A stretch of 64,000 nt of DNA, taken from contig NC_042998.1 of assembly GCF_006345805.1 (NCBI RefSeq), positions 87,916,001 to 87,980,000 on the forward strand, given 5' to 3'. Origin of the DNA: Octopus sinensis. Its lineage: Eukaryota. The position numbers and the translations under genes were made by a program. Positions 1 through 13,419 of the stretch are shown here, one piece after another; the first letter of the stretch is position 1, and each line of letters begins with the position of its first letter. The notes below the pieces were generated by a model. The model saw only the letters and a list, made by a program, of their open reading frames with translations. It did not search any database and had not been told where the DNA came from.

Positions 1-1034
1 GCCCTTTTTTTTCATTATTGTTCCTCTGTATCTTTCCACTGTCCACTTTGAGAATGACTGCTTACAGATTGATCCAAAGTTACAGAGCCTCATTAAAGCA
101 AACTATAAATTCAATTCTCTCTACAGCCTAACATATGAACTGTAGCTAGCTCTGAATGAATATTACTAGAATGACACAGCTTGTTTGCAGTACTGGCAGC
201 ACTACCAAGAACAACCATGAATTTGGTAACTAACTACTTGACAAAAATGTTTAACAGAATTATGGGTCATTCATTATTGGATAGCATTTATCGCATCCTT
301 CCTCTAAAGTGTCCCTATTCTTACACCCATTTCTTGAATTGGGAAAATTCCCAGTCTTGTACCATCTTTCAGCAGATGTTTGTTATAATAGTGCATAACA
401 AGTTTGAAATGATGCTGATATGATTGATCTTCCAGGCTTGTGTGGCACGCCCCTCGTGCAACCACTCTATATCTCTTATATTCAAGATGTAGTTACCAGC
501 TTCTCATACCATTTCACTTCTTCGTTGGGGTGTTCAGCACACATTCAGAGTAGGTTTTAAAGGTTATAGTCTTCACTCTGCCTTCTAGGAATCGGATATC
601 ACGTGACCATATAAGTCTACCAAAAACTGTATGTGGCTATAACACGTTGTACCTCTCCTAACGAAATTTATCTAACAGTTTCTGAACCTTTCTTTAGCAT
701 AAAATAAATGGTCACGGTCAATTTCTCCATTAGAACGTGGAAACAATGTCACTTCTAAAATATTATTATAATATATCCATTAGTATTTCATATTTACTTT
801 GTCTTTTAACCCGCTTACACTATCTATTTGTAATGATGGTACCCAACATTTTCCGCTGAATTAGCTCGGTATGCCTTTCAATACCAGAATCGAAGCATTT
901 AGCTAAAAGTGCAGTGTTCAGATGCTTTGCCATTTACTCTAGCCTCTTTTAATTTTTTGTTTGTTTGTATTTTTCTTTTTGTGTGTGTAGGGAAATTTAA
1001 CCTTTAAATGTAACAATAACTGTTTTAAAAGTTA

Positions 1035-1215
1035 ATGGATCTCCGGCAGTTTCGACGATGAGTTTTCAGGTATTCAATCAGCTGAACAAACTGTTTACTG
1101 AATGAGTAGGAAAGTGGTTGAGTATTCCATAGAAGAGTGTACTCTTCAGGTAGTCCTTAAGCAGAACAAATGTCACACAAAATTAAGAAGGCTGGAGTTT
1201 TGAATTCGACAGGCT
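1035..1215 (+). mobile_element. Degenerate interspersed repeat fragment (cephalopod SINE-like)
   Basis: Resembles, from memory, an octopus-type interspersed repeat (tctccggcagtttcgacga...tggttgagtattccatagaagagtgtactctt). No ORF and no second copy in the window. Confidence 0.35.
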
Positions 1216-1252
1216 GGCTTCCAAAACCAATAAGAGGCAAACACATTTCTGG

Positions 1253-1285
<33 letters not shown>

Positions 1286-1298
1286 GCTGCTGCTGCTG

Positions 1299-1332
<34 letters not shown>

Positions 1333-1359
1333 ACTGGTGCTGGTGCTGCTGCTCTTAAA

Positions 1360-1407
<48 letters not shown>

Positions 1408-1423
1408 ACTGCTGCTGCTGCTG

Positions 1424-1457
<34 letters not shown>

Positions 1458-1508
1458 TACGACTACTGCTACTACTACTACTGCTGCTGCTGTTGTTGTT
1501 GTTGCTGT
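1253..1508. repeat. Compound (CTA)n/(CTG)n/(TTG)n trinucleotide microsatellite
   Basis: Directly visible; explains the poly-L, poly-S and poly-C ORFs. Confidence 0.97.
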
Positions 1509-2029
1509 TAAGCAACAAGACGGGTAAGAGTGATTAGGTGATGGTCTTGGGCTTAGGGACGGGAGACCCCAGACCTTGGAAAAGATAACTTTGGTCGTCT
1601 TGCAGTCGAGGGCTCTCCGTTGACGCCCGACACCACTGGGAGGTGGCCCTCGAAGTCGCTGGAAATGGAGATCTCCAGGTCCAAATCCTTGAACGGCTGC
1701 TGCTGCTGCTACAACTACTACTGCTGCTGCTGCTGCTAATACTACGGCTACTGCTGCTTTCTCATGTTCAATTATTTTTCTTTAGTGTTCTCATTTGACG
1801 TGCAGTTTTCTACAATTCTTTCATTTATGTGTGATTGTGTATATGTGTGCTTTCATGGGGACGTATGCGTGTGTGCTTGTGTATGCGTGCGTGTGCGTTT
1901 CGGTGTATGTTTATGTGAAAGTAAAAAGCTGTCATGATGAAGTTTGAAGTATCTTGAAAACTTTTCATACAATTTTTTGCCCACAAATTTTTTTCACATC
2001 TATTATTTCCACAATATTGTGTGCATATG

Positions 2030-2066
2030 TGTATGCATGTACATACACATGCATATGCATACGTAC

Positions 2067-2109
<43 letters not shown>

Positions 2110-2146
2110 TATGTATGTATATTATATATATATAAGATATATATTA

Positions 2147-2203
<57 letters not shown>

Positions 2204-2450
2204 CACACACATATATACATACATATACATACATGCATATCAAAACATACATATATTTATTTATTTATCTATATGTGTATATGCGTAAATATCTGTATAC
2301 CGTGTATATATTATATATATGTATATATATATAGATAATATATATAATATATATATATATATATATTATATATATGCATATAATATATATGTATATATTA
2401 TATATATATTATATATATATATATATAATATATTATATATTATATATATA

Positions 2451-2511
<61 letters not shown>

Positions 2512-2515
2512 GTGT
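2030..2515. repeat. Interrupted (TA)n/(CA)n microsatellite field
   Basis: Directly visible; source of the YIYI-type ORFs. Confidence 0.95.
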
Positions 2516-2651
2516 GTGTTTGAAAAGGAGTTTCCAAAACTTTGGACATGTTGACAGTATTGATTTCTTATCTAACACTGCATATGTTTCATTTATTTTC
2601 CTTTTTTTATAGTTTTCTTGCAATTTTTGGATTGTTTGTGTCCATTTCCTT

Positions 2652-2692
2652 TTTCTTCTTCTTCTCTTTTCTTCTTCTCTTCTTCTTCTTCT

Positions 2693-2739
<47 letters not shown>

Positions 2740-2772
2740 TTCTTCTTCTTCTTCTTCTTCTTCTTCTTCTTC
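2652..2772. repeat. (CTT)n microsatellite
   Basis: Directly visible. Confidence 0.97.
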
Positions 2773-3227
2773 TGTTTCCTAATGAGTTTGTTGACATATG
2801 CATTGGAGAGTGTGCGTGTGTATGTGGATGTTTGTGAGGCATTCATGCAAGTGTAAATGAGAAAACGTTTGCATATATATATACATATATGTTCGCATAT
2901 GTCCAGCAATCTATGTATGGAAGTGTCAAGCTGTCCAACGCTTTTCTTTCTCTCACTTTTTCTACAAATATATAATTTATAGAAATATATATTTGCAGAC
3001 ATGTATTCATACATACGCATGCACACGTACACTCTCGTACACGCACGCATGCACGCACGCACATACACACACACACACACACGCCTGTGCTTATGTATAT
3101 GGATGTGTATGGATATGTATACATATGCATATATATGTATACATACATATGCACAAACACACACATATATACATACAAACATGCATACATATATATATAT
3201 ATATTATATATATATATATATATATAT

Positions 3228-3512
3228 GGTGGTTGTCTACTCCTTATGCAGAGTTTGACCACCTCATGTACCTACACCTTAGAACCATCATGGCATCTGA
3301 TGTGGCTTTTTAAACCAGACAATGTTTTGAAAGGACACCCACATAGATTGCATATCCGATTTGGATCACCAAGAGCTGCAGATAAGTTCGGATCTTTGTG
3401 GATCTTAAAATGTCTTTTGAGGCCTCCGTTAGACCTGCAAATATTCTGGCATGCATTGCATTGAAAGGTTTGAACAGACATATAGGCAGAATAGTTGTTG
3501 GAGTTTCGTTTT
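3228..3512 (-). mobile_element. 5'-truncated RTE-like LINE 3' end encoding two C2H2 zinc fingers
   Basis: Minus-strand frame reads FQCNACQNICRSNGGLKRHFKIH...ICNLCGCPFKTLSGLKSHIRCH, stop at 3272-3274. A ~45-nt 3'UTR (gtggtcaaactctgcataaggagtagacaaccacc) then runs into an (AT)n tail. No TGEKP linkers. RTE-clade ORF2 proteins end in such fingers followed by a short UTR and microsatellite tail. Confidence 0.65.
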
Positions 3513-3676
3513 ATACACACACATACACACACATTTATTTATTTCTGTATGTATATCCTGAGATAGGTAGATGTATAATTATAACTCTAACAATATAGTG
3601 AACACTACATCAGTACCATTGCAACAAATAAAGTTGTTTAGATGTTCAGAATACTATATATATATATTATATATAT

Positions 3677-3717
<41 letters not shown>

Positions 3718-3779
3718 CGATAAAGATCCTTCAGAATCATATAGACCAATTGGGTCGTGTTGCTGGTTTCTGTGGCATA

Positions 3780-4283
3780 TATATATACCTAAATCTCATA
3801 CACAAATCTTCAGTGACAATGGACTGAACTGAATCGAAACTAATCTGCACACCCTCTGATATCTCACAGATGGTGATTCGACGATTTCCCCTTACAGGTG
3901 CACACACATCTACGATGTCTTTCTCAGTTTTGCTGGTTGCAGGTCTCCTAGAACGTTCGTCAACATCGACATTTTTCGGCCATCTTGGAAACGCCTGACC
4001 CACACATGCACTTGTGTGTAACTTATAAACTCCTCTCCATACCTTTTCTGCAACCTTGCGTAGGCTTCCGAGCAGGTATCGCCATGTCATGGTCAATGCA
4101 ACGATCACACGCTACACTACTACCTTCCAAGCACTTCTGTAAACAACGGAAGTGAGCTAGAACGTTAAAACTTAGTGCGCATGTACAGCAGAGTTCAAGG
4201 TTAATCTTTGCCAGGCTGCTTCACTCTCCCTGCTTTAGCTTCGTTACCATGGCAACAGTCCAGATATTTATTGATCAGACCTC
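3780..4283 (-). mobile_element. Truncated mariner-family element (5' TIR, 5'UTR, N-terminal transposase remnant)
   Basis: TIR-like end gaggtctgatcaataaatatctgg. Remnant ERSRRPATS...RGNRRITICEISEGVQISFDSVQSIVTEDL. Same family as 50231-51106. Confidence 0.85.
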
Positions 4284-4899
4284 ATGTGTGTGTGTATATA
4301 TATATATATATAAACTTGAAAGCGTCATGTTACCTGCTTGAAACTCACAAAACTGTTGAATTCACTTTAGTTTACTTATCAATAATAGACGGTAATAGAA
4401 TGTAATACTTCTCCGAGAGACAGATATCTCATTTTCTGAATCCAGTAATATAGAAAAATGCGTGTTTTGTGAAGAAGCAATCTCTCTTATCATTGAGTAT
4501 GTTATCATTTTTCAATTTTCTATAGATTGGTACATCGTTATGATTTTATCTTCCGAATTAATTATTTCTTAGATATGTATGTGGTGGAGAAATAAATAAA
4601 TGCATTACATCATTATAGAGAGAGCAATAGCAGCGTTGTGTACATGTAGGGCAAATAGAAATTCTAAATAACGAAACCCTTACTGAAGACGTGAGGATAC
4701 TTTCCCACGCAATCAGCAGCATTACATAAAGTAATTGCGATACTTACATATTTGTGCATGTGTGAATACATATATACATACATACGTACATACAAACATA
4801 TATAAATACAGATAAACACGTACGTGCACTTGCTCAGACACACACGTGTGTGTGTGTGTGTGTTTATGTGTATATACACGCATGTATGACCGCACGAAA

Positions 4900-5700
4900 C
4901 CTTTTGTTTAGAATGGTGCAGGGAATCTGAACTGACTTCTAAATTTGGATACTTTAAAGTACTAATTTCAAAACATGAATTACGCAATATGAATCTTCAA
5001 GGTTTTTTGCCACTCTTTTTTGTGAACCTAACAATTTTGTTATACTTGGCTGTATATCTAGCATTTCCATTCTGTTTAGTAGTGTTTTATACATTACACT
5101 TTTCGCATGTGTCTCAAATTGTTTGAGGTCATTGAAGGAGCGCCCTGCAGAACTCAAAATAATTCATTTGTCTGTTATCTTTTCCCTGATTTATTTTAAT
5201 CCTTTCCAGCATTATTTGAATTAACACGAAAAAAAAAGGTGCTTTTATGGCTTTTGTAAATCTGTTCTTCTACAATTTTTGTTTATCGCTTCTGAAATTT
5301 GAATAAATTTTACCGTTTTTCAGACATATGATTATGGAGTGCCAAGTAGAAAGAACGAACGAATTCACCTGACACCCCATTGGTAACAATGATTGCAAAG
5401 ATACTGTCGATATTGTTGAAGATAGGCAATATGTCAAAAAAATCAATGCTGCAAAAGTTTGCAACATCACCACTTGAAATTGCCTCTGAATTTGATGGGT
5501 ATGCATATTTCGTGTCACACTTGATAGAGGTTGCATTTTTCCGTCTTTGGATCTCGATTCATACCATAATGTGATGCAACAAGTTGATAGCGCTCATAAA
5601 GTCATCTAATGCTTTAGGATTAATGATAATATTGACGAGAATGCAAAGTATATTTTGATCATTACTATTATATCGTGATCCTATTTTTACAATAACCTTA
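4900..5700 (-). mobile_element. Highly degenerate LINE reverse-transcriptase remnant (tentative)
   Basis: Scattered weak RT-like stretches on the minus strand (NGVSGEF; SAGRSFNDLKQFETHAK; STLKYPNLEVSSD), broken by stops and frameshifts. Confidence 0.3.
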
Positions 5701-7582
5701 TTCAGAGTGATATAATAGGTATATATATATACATTAACAGTTTGAGCCAGAGGTGATTTTGGGTCGAGTCATTAACGATGACTTACAATTGACATCCTTT
5801 TCTCCATGGAATGTTTACTTCCTTGAATGAGAACCATGTATCTCGTATAACTTCTTTGATATTTTCACCTTACTCTCCAATATATTAGCGTCTTCAAAAT
5901 TTTATTGGCAAATTTTCGCGGTTGCTGTACTTATCCTTCTCACTGTTATCACGTCTAAAGTCCTTCTATTTGCTGGGGTTGTTTGTGCGTGACAGTATTA
6001 TTTTCAGCAAATCCAATTCAGATAACAAAATCTGCTGTCACTCATTAATTTCTCTCATTTCAACTTTTCCCCATAAGTATGACCCTTTCCGAAGTATCTT
6101 ATTTTCCTTTCCCAAAGACAACTCCACTGTGCTCTTTTATCGATTTTACTGCTTAATATAAGTCTTGCCGACGCAGACCAGCACCAGCCTCTTTGGAGTC
6201 TGCTTTATCATATTAAAATCATACGTAATTTTCAATAATGCATTGCTTTTCTCATATGTTCTGGACGTCTGAATCCCTTGCCAAGTCAAGAATGTCTTAC
6301 CGATATGAGGTAATCACTCTACTAAGGTTTTATTTCTTCATATCTAAGGAACAACCATATACATTTTGAGATTAGGTCTCTGTGTTGTAGTGCTTTAAAG
6401 CGTACATGTCGTCTGTGCCTGGCTTTCAGAAATTGTAGAGACTGAGTAGTTCCTGAATCGTTACAGAAATAATTCAGCATCACTATTTCTTTCTTGGATA
6501 GTAAGATTTAGAAAGTGATTTTAACAATGAGCATAGATAGCAAACGGAGAACACTGCTTTATTCTTGTAGCCGAACCCCTATAAACAGTTCACATTTATT
6601 GTGTTAATAAAACCTTTTCCAATGATTTTGTCATGTTTTAGCTCCAGCTTCCAGAATACATATATGAGTAACTCATAAAGAACATTTGCTTCTGTAGAAG
6701 ACGTTGTATAACATGTGATGAAAGATTCTCTGATTTCTCCTTCATAGGTGCCTCTAGGGCCGAGGCATATGGCAGTGGTTCAACTCCATTGATGTCGTAC
6801 ATTTCATCAATGATGATGAAATAGCCGAATCACTTTTTCCCATAATTTCCTATGCTAAAACAACCGAAGCCATGATATTTTAAGAATTTCGTTTTGCACA
6901 ATGTGCATCAAACTGATTTTTCTGCATTTCTCCTTGAACTGAAGATGTAGAACTTAAAAAGAATGTTACCATTGTTAATATCAGTGACTCGGCATGACAT
7001 CCTTGAGTTAGTAAATAAAGACTTTCCATAATAAATATCAAGTCCTCCCGTTTCCGCGTTACTTACTTTTTGTGTATAGAATTTTGTTGATCTAACACCG
7101 ACTTTACTATGCTTCGCATTTACCCAATTATCTATCCATCACCTACAAATGTCAAGCACTGTTTGCATCTTATGATTCCGTGTTTTCACTTTTACAGATA
7201 CATTTACTATAATTATTAAAGTTTGATATTTGTGCCTCTTATAATTATGCAAATGACAAACTTTAAATCTATAGAAGCCACTCATATTTAATCATAACAA
7301 AAACCTTTCTCCAAGAATTTTGTCCAGTTAAAATTCCCAAGCTAGAGACGTTGACAATTTTTTTGGTTTATATTAGGTTACAATTGATTGCTTTGGTCCA
7401 ATTTCAACGAGGTTGTGCTATGGAGAAAGTGACACAAGCGAAAGTATTAGGGCTCACATTCACTTCAGAATCAATTTTGTCACTAGGAAGATCCCGGCTG
7501 TGTAGAAACTCAAAGAATTTTGACACACCATTAACAAAAATGCATTTGGCGTTAGTCTGTAAAGTTGTATGGGTTATATTCT

Positions 7583-7790
7583 TTTAATCTTTAGCTTCAG
7601 TCATTGGGCTGCGGCCATGCTGGAGCACCACCTTAAACGGTCTGATCGTACAAAACGACCTCCGTGTTTATTTTAAAATGTAGTAATTACTTTATCGCCT
7701 CTTACGTTTGTTTATATCCCACTATGTAGCGGAATGTTGTCAAGTGGTGGGTGACGGTCACAGACACAAAGACGTACATACATATATACG
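7583..7790 (-). mobile_element. Degenerate tRNA-derived SINE (OR/CORE-type), 3' part
   Basis: Reverse complement of the family tail (ggtggtgctccagcatggccgcagcc) plus a degenerate body matching 12341-12658. Confidence 0.7.
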
Positions 7791-7893
7791 TATACATGCA
7801 TATATATATATATAGGAATATATATTATATTATACATATACATACATATGTATATATATATATGTATGTATAAATGTATATATCCACACACAC

Positions 7894-7987
<94 letters not shown>

Positions 7988-8039
7988 TGTATGTATGCAT
8001 GTATGTAAGTATGTATGTATTTATGTATGTATGTATGTA

Positions 8040-9319
8040 CGAGGGACGTTCAATAAGTAATGCCTCTGACCCACTTGCAGTTGTTTTATCTAGCTGAAAT
8101 TTTGCATGTGCAATTATTTATATCTCTATAGATTACAGCCCTAAACTAATTGTGGTTTCTGATTTACAGGTGTTTGAACTGAGTCAAGTGTGAAATGGAG
8201 CCTGTTGAGTGTCGAACAGTGATCCGATTTTTGTATTTGAAAGGACGCACACCACGGGAGACTTTTGATGAAATGAAAGTAACTTATGGTGATGATGCCC
8301 CATCATATGACCTTGTAAAATGCTGGCTTCGTAAATTCAAACATGGTCGAAACTCTGTGGAAACAGCTCCCAGATCTGGTCGCCCCCTTCTGCCATTGAT
8401 GAGGCATCTGTCCGTCAAGTTGAGGCTGCCATTTTGGAAGATCGACGCATAACTATTCGTCAAATAGCCCATGAGATCAAGATTAGTACCGGGTCTGTGG
8501 AAACTATCGTTCATGACCATTTGCATATGCAAAAGGTGTCTGCCAGATGGATTCCCAGGCTGCTCACACCTTTCCAGAAGCAAGAACGCATCGAGTGCTT
8601 GAGGATGAATTTGGAGATGTGCCAAGAAGATGAGTCAAATTTTTCAAAAGACTGATTACACAGGATGAAACCTGGGTCCATCACTATGATCCAGAGACCA
8701 AAGCCCAGTCAATGCAGTGGAAGCACCGTGACTCACCTCCTGTAAAGAAGGCAAGGGTGCAGCCCTCCGCTGGCAAGGTCATGCTCACAGTCTTCTGGGA
8801 CCAGGACGGAGTAGTGATGACAGATTTCCTGGCAAAGGGTACCACAATTACAGGAGCCTATTATGCTTCACTTTTGAGGAAATTAAGAGAAGCTATCAAA
8901 ATCAAGAGGCGGGGCAAGATCAGCAAAGGCATCCTCCTCCTGCAGGACAATGCTCCGGTCCACAACTCGCGTGTCGCCAGATCAGAAGCACAGGCGTGAG
9001 GCTATGAACTCATCCCCCATCCTCCCTACTCTCCTGACCTTGCACCCTCTGATTTTCCCCTCTTCCCAGCCATGAAGTTGTTTTTGAAAGGAAAGCGTTT
9101 CCCAGATGATGCAGCCTTGATTTCTGAAGTTACGTCTTGGTTGGAGGACCAAGCTGGGGTCTTCTACAAAAACGGTCTCCAGAGCAGCATCAAACGATGG
9201 AAGAAATGCGTGACTCTGGGTGGTTCCTATGTAAAAAAAAGACCAATAACTGTGCCAAGTTTCGTTGCTCTACTGCTATGGGAAGTGGGTCAGGGGCATT
9301 ACTTATTGAACGCCCCTCG
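8040..9319 (+). mobile_element. Near full-length mariner transposon (1280 bp, irritans-like)
   Basis: 37-bp TIRs CGAGGG(A/G)CGTTCAATAAGTAATGCC(T/C)CTGACCCACTT with 2 mismatches. TA on both sides (8038-39, 9320-21), inserted in (TATG)n. Confidence 0.97.
8195..9249 (+). pseudogene. DD34D mariner transposase, disrupted
   Basis: Joined frames give MEPVECRTVIRF...WIPRLL...QDETW...KVMLTVFWD...QDNAPVH...YSPDLAPSD. Frameshifts at ~8388, ~8645 and ~9238, all in homopolymer runs, and one in-frame TGA at 8997-8999. Confidence 0.95.
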
Positions 9320-9324
9320 TATGT

Positions 9325-9580
9325 ATGTCATTATTCAGTTTATTTCAAGATGTCTTGCCAATAGAAAAAAAACGGTTTCTAACCTAGATCCAAGGTTCCT
9401 TCATTGGAATTTCAACAGCAACAACAGGATATTTTTGTTTGTATATACGTACGTACGTCCGTGTGTATGCATGTATGTATGTATGTATGTATGTATGTAT
9501 GTATGTATGTATGTATGTATGTATGTATGTATGTATGTGTTATGTATGTGCAGATTTGTATGTTTTATGTATGTATTCTC
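9325..9580 (+). repeat. ~115-bp interspersed core followed by internal (TATG)n (copy 1 of 4)
   Basis: cagtttatttcaagat...ccaatagaaaa...ctaacctagatccaaggttccttcattggaatttcaac recurs at ~52490, ~61450 and ~61960. Confidence 0.85.
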
Positions 9581-11149
9581 ATGAGTATACCTGTTGAGCT
9601 GTTGCTTTCGTTCTGTTCCTCGATTGTGCTGTTGTTGTGTACAGCCATGTTGTTTGTAGAAACTCTGTATGCTAATTTTCAGTCGATAATCACTACTATC
9701 GTGAATAAAAGGCTCCCCCAGTTAATTCATCTGAAGATTAACCAGTTATTTTATAAGGCTAAATACGCGACTTGTCGCTTCGAAGTATGTCTGTCTCTCT
9801 GTCTGTCTTTCTGTATGTATGGCGGATTTCTCCATAGTTTCTGCTAATTAAATTTTCTCACAAGGCACTGGTCAGCCTGGATATGTAGTTGAAGACAATG
9901 GAACTGATCCAAGAAGCTTGTGGTTGCAAACCGAAATACTTAGCTACGTAGCCATATCGTTTTTAGCATCAACACTCCTGTCTTTATCTGAACGACTTGG
10001 TGCTAAATGTCTTCTCTTAAAAATAGCGTGACTAATACCAAAGTGTTTTCCCTTTGCAATCAGAATCTGTTTACTTGCTGCATTCGATACGTCAATCAAC
10101 ACATTTGATACGTTCACGATAAAACCTATATTTCTCTTTTTCTAGTGAGATTTAGCGTACATCATTTGGATTTGGTATCTGACAAGAAGAAGCAATGGGT
10201 GGAAGACCGGTATAGCGGTGTTTTGGAGGTGATTGACCGCTATAGTGCTGATCGACGAGACTAGGAAACAGATCTCAGCGTGAGCGAGTTCAGATTTGCA
10301 TCGCAGAAGTCATACAAACATTGTTACAGATTAAATATAGGATGACTAGAAAGTTCTTGGATTTCCAGTAATTAACGAAAATGAGACCGCAGTGTAACAA
10401 AGGAGGTAACTGGAAGAAATGATATCGTTGAGTTAATTCTTCTATCTATGAACAAATAATGGAAAGAAATTTAGGAACGTTGTTTATCAAGAATTTTGGT
10501 TAACTTTTCAGCAGTTAATTTGGAATCATTCTGATGTCTGTCCGATATTTGCTTCCTGCTAACCGATATTTGGGACAGTAGTACTCTCCTGCCTCTGACT
10601 CGTATACTCATGTGTATACATAGACATACATTTATTCATAAATAGACATGTATACGAAAGTGTTTGTGTACACACTTTTGTATGTGTGTGTGTGTATGTG
10701 TGTGTTAATTATGGAAAGCATATACAGTTTACATTATGAAATCTTCAGCGACAGCGTAACACACGTGAATAATCTTTAAGGATGGTAATAAGAACTGGAC
10801 AGTATTACAGCATGAATGATCATAACTACAGTAGCTATGTTTGTTGATACCATAATACTGTCTGAAGTCTAATATGATTTTTTAAAGGTTATTTACATGT
10901 GCTATGCAATTTTTTATGAAATCTCTTTATTAAGATTTTTTAATTAACGCATATTATTATTCATGAAATACGTGTAACATTAGGAATGACGTAAATAAAT
11001 GATTTATCAAAAAACTGCACTGAATTCAGAATTCTCCATGAAGGACTATTGAGATAATAGGTGTAGAATATGTAGCAAAACAATGTTGTACACAAAGCTT
11101 GTTTAAAACACAATCAACTTTAATAGAATACCCACTGAAAAAGTTCAAA

Positions 11150-11260
11150 AAGAGGGGAGTCAGCAAGACGATTACTCCATTGCTCAACTACTACTTCATT
11201 TATCGACACCTTATATATAAATAAAGGCAAAATCGACAAGAGTGGCCTTTGAGTTTCAGA
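11150..11260 (-). mobile_element. Degenerate OK-type SINE fragment
   Basis: Matches the reverse complement of 38660-38854 (tttatcgac...aaaggcaaaatcgac). Confidence 0.6.
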
Positions 11261-11261
11261 C

Positions 11262-11430
11262 ATGTATGTATGTATGTATGTATGTATGTATGTATGCATG
11301 TATGTATGTATGTATGCATAGATATATATGTATATGTGTATGTATGTATGTATGTATGTATGTATGCATGCATGTATGTATGTATGTATGTATGTATGTA
11401 TGTATGTATGTATGTATGTATGTATATGTA
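11262..11430. repeat. (TATG)n microsatellite
   Basis: Directly visible. Confidence 0.95.
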
Positions 11431-12340
11431 TGCATATATACACAAACACACACACATATATATATATACCCCTATATATATATATATATTATATATAATA
11501 TATATATATATATATGCCCCAGCATGGCCACAGCTCATGAGCTGAAACTAGAATCAAACAATCATATATATATATATATGGTGTCTATTTTGAGCGCGCG
11601 GAGAGGCGTATTGCCGATTCCTTGTTATAATTATGTATATAATTATTAATATTATATTTAGAAAATTTACCTATAAGGTTTTTATTTTCGTGCTGACCAC
11701 CTGATAAAATCATGAATGATTTTATCCTTTATTATATGAATATTATATAACAGTTTAACTCCGGAACAAAGTTGCATCCACCGCGACGATAATTTTGATA
11801 AATAACACGTGGTGAGAAAAATGTAAATTCTACTTTACTGTATATTTTTGCAAATGCGTATACATATTACTGTGCGACGTCAATGCTCGCATGGGTATGT
11901 GTAGAGACGAAAACATGTGTTTGAATTTTTCTTGCTATGCATCACATTTAAACAGACATTTTTCTTCTGATGTTTAATCTTATATCTCACATTCTGTATT
12001 CGACACATACTTGATTTTACATGATTGATATATATGCTAATTCATATTTATAATGCATAATTCATATTTATAATGCATAATTCATAAATTTTAATTCTTA
12101 ATATTACAAAGTATAATTTTTATTCTTAATTTTTAATCTTTCATTTTTAATCATTAATGCTTACTTATATTGCTTATTTTTAAAGGGATGTAAAATTAGA
12201 TATATTATGTTTTGAAATAGAACCTGAAGATGTGTTGGAATCATTGTAAATCTGACGATTGCATATATGTATTTATATATGTATATATATATATATGCAT
12301 ACAATTGTGTATATTCATATATATTGTAATCTTCCAACCC

Positions 12341-12658
12341 CCGGGCCGACCAATGCCTTGTGAGTGGATTTGGTAGACGGAAACTGAAAGAAGCCTGTCG
12401 TATATATGTATATATATGTGTATGTGTGTGTGTGTTTGTGTGTCTGTGTTTGTCCCCCTAGCATTGCTTGACAACCGATGCTGGTGTGTTTACGTCCCCG
12501 CCACTCAGCGGTTCGGCAAAAGAGACCGATAGAATAAGTACTGGGCTTACAAAGAATAAGTTCCGGGGTCGATTTGATCGACTAAAGGCGGTGCTCCAGC
12601 ATGGCCGCAGTCAAATGACTGAAACAAGTAAAAGAGTAAAAGAGTAAAAAGAGAGTAC
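12341..12658 (+). mobile_element. OR/CORE-type tRNA-derived SINE, 5'-truncated, well preserved
   Basis: gggccgaccaatgccttgtgagtggatttggtagacggaaactgaaagaagc...ggcggtgctccagcatggccgcagtcaaatgactgaaac with an (AAAAGAGT)n tail. Many relatives in the window. Confidence 0.9.
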
Positions 12659-12950
12659 TGAAACACGTGTAGTTCCTTCATATTTAATGAATATAAGTAT
12701 TAACTGAAGTAGGATATAATTAATGAAATATATTATATACCCTGATGGTAATTTTGGTTACATATTTTAAGTATTATTTCGTGACGTGCGAACTGATGCC
12801 ATGAGTTTACTGTCAGATATACTTATTAGGTATATTTGTATCATCTGAAGTAGAATACCTGCATATCGATTAATCCCCCAAAATTGAATTTTATATACTA
12901 CATACATACATACATACATACATACATACATACATACATACATACATACA

Positions 12951-12985
<35 letters not shown>

Positions 12986-13312
12986 TTATAATTAAGGAGA
13001 ACAAAAATTTATATATTCAGTTTTCTGCAGTTAATCACGTTTGTACCTACATAGGTTTTTGCAGGAAGTTAGTGTACATTACAAAAAATCTGCATTTTAG
13101 TGTGCATTTAGGTGGTAATTACTTACTCCGCTTCTTCAAGGTATTATTCACTGCATTTCAAGATTTCTTTTGAACTAAATACAAGTCCAACCAAAATATT
13201 TCATACACGTGCTGTTGGTATTCAATAAATGACCTAAATTCTGACCTTTTCAACTCTGCTGATTAGAAATATAAGCGACTATATATAATTCTCTCTCCGC
13301 TTTGTCTCTTTG

Positions 13313-13368
<56 letters not shown>

Positions 13369-13419
13369 GTGTGTGTGAGTGTGTGAGAGAGTGTGTGAGA
13401 ATGTGTATGTGTGTGGCAC

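Noticed and set aside
1-760. Copia integrase (GRLIWSRDIRFLE) or LINE RT remnant on the minus strand
   Set aside because: Isolated short resemblances in different frames with many stops, not collinear enough to call.
3272-3532. Member of a host C2H2 zinc-finger gene cluster
   Set aside because: Only two fingers, no TGEKP linkers, no neighbouring fingers, and a LINE-like UTR and tail follow. Kept as an RTE-like end.
8997-8999. Recoded (selenocysteine/readthrough) TGA in the mariner transposase
   Set aside because: The same ORF also has frameshifts, so a simple nonsense mutation is sufficient.
12220-12675. Hammerhead split by a SINE insertion (gaac-CTGAAGA at 12220-12230; GAAA-cacgtg-TA-gttc at 12660-12675)
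   Set aside because: Stem I and a palindromic stem III fit, but no stem II pairing can be found and ~100 bp of unexplained sequence intervenes. Suggestive only.
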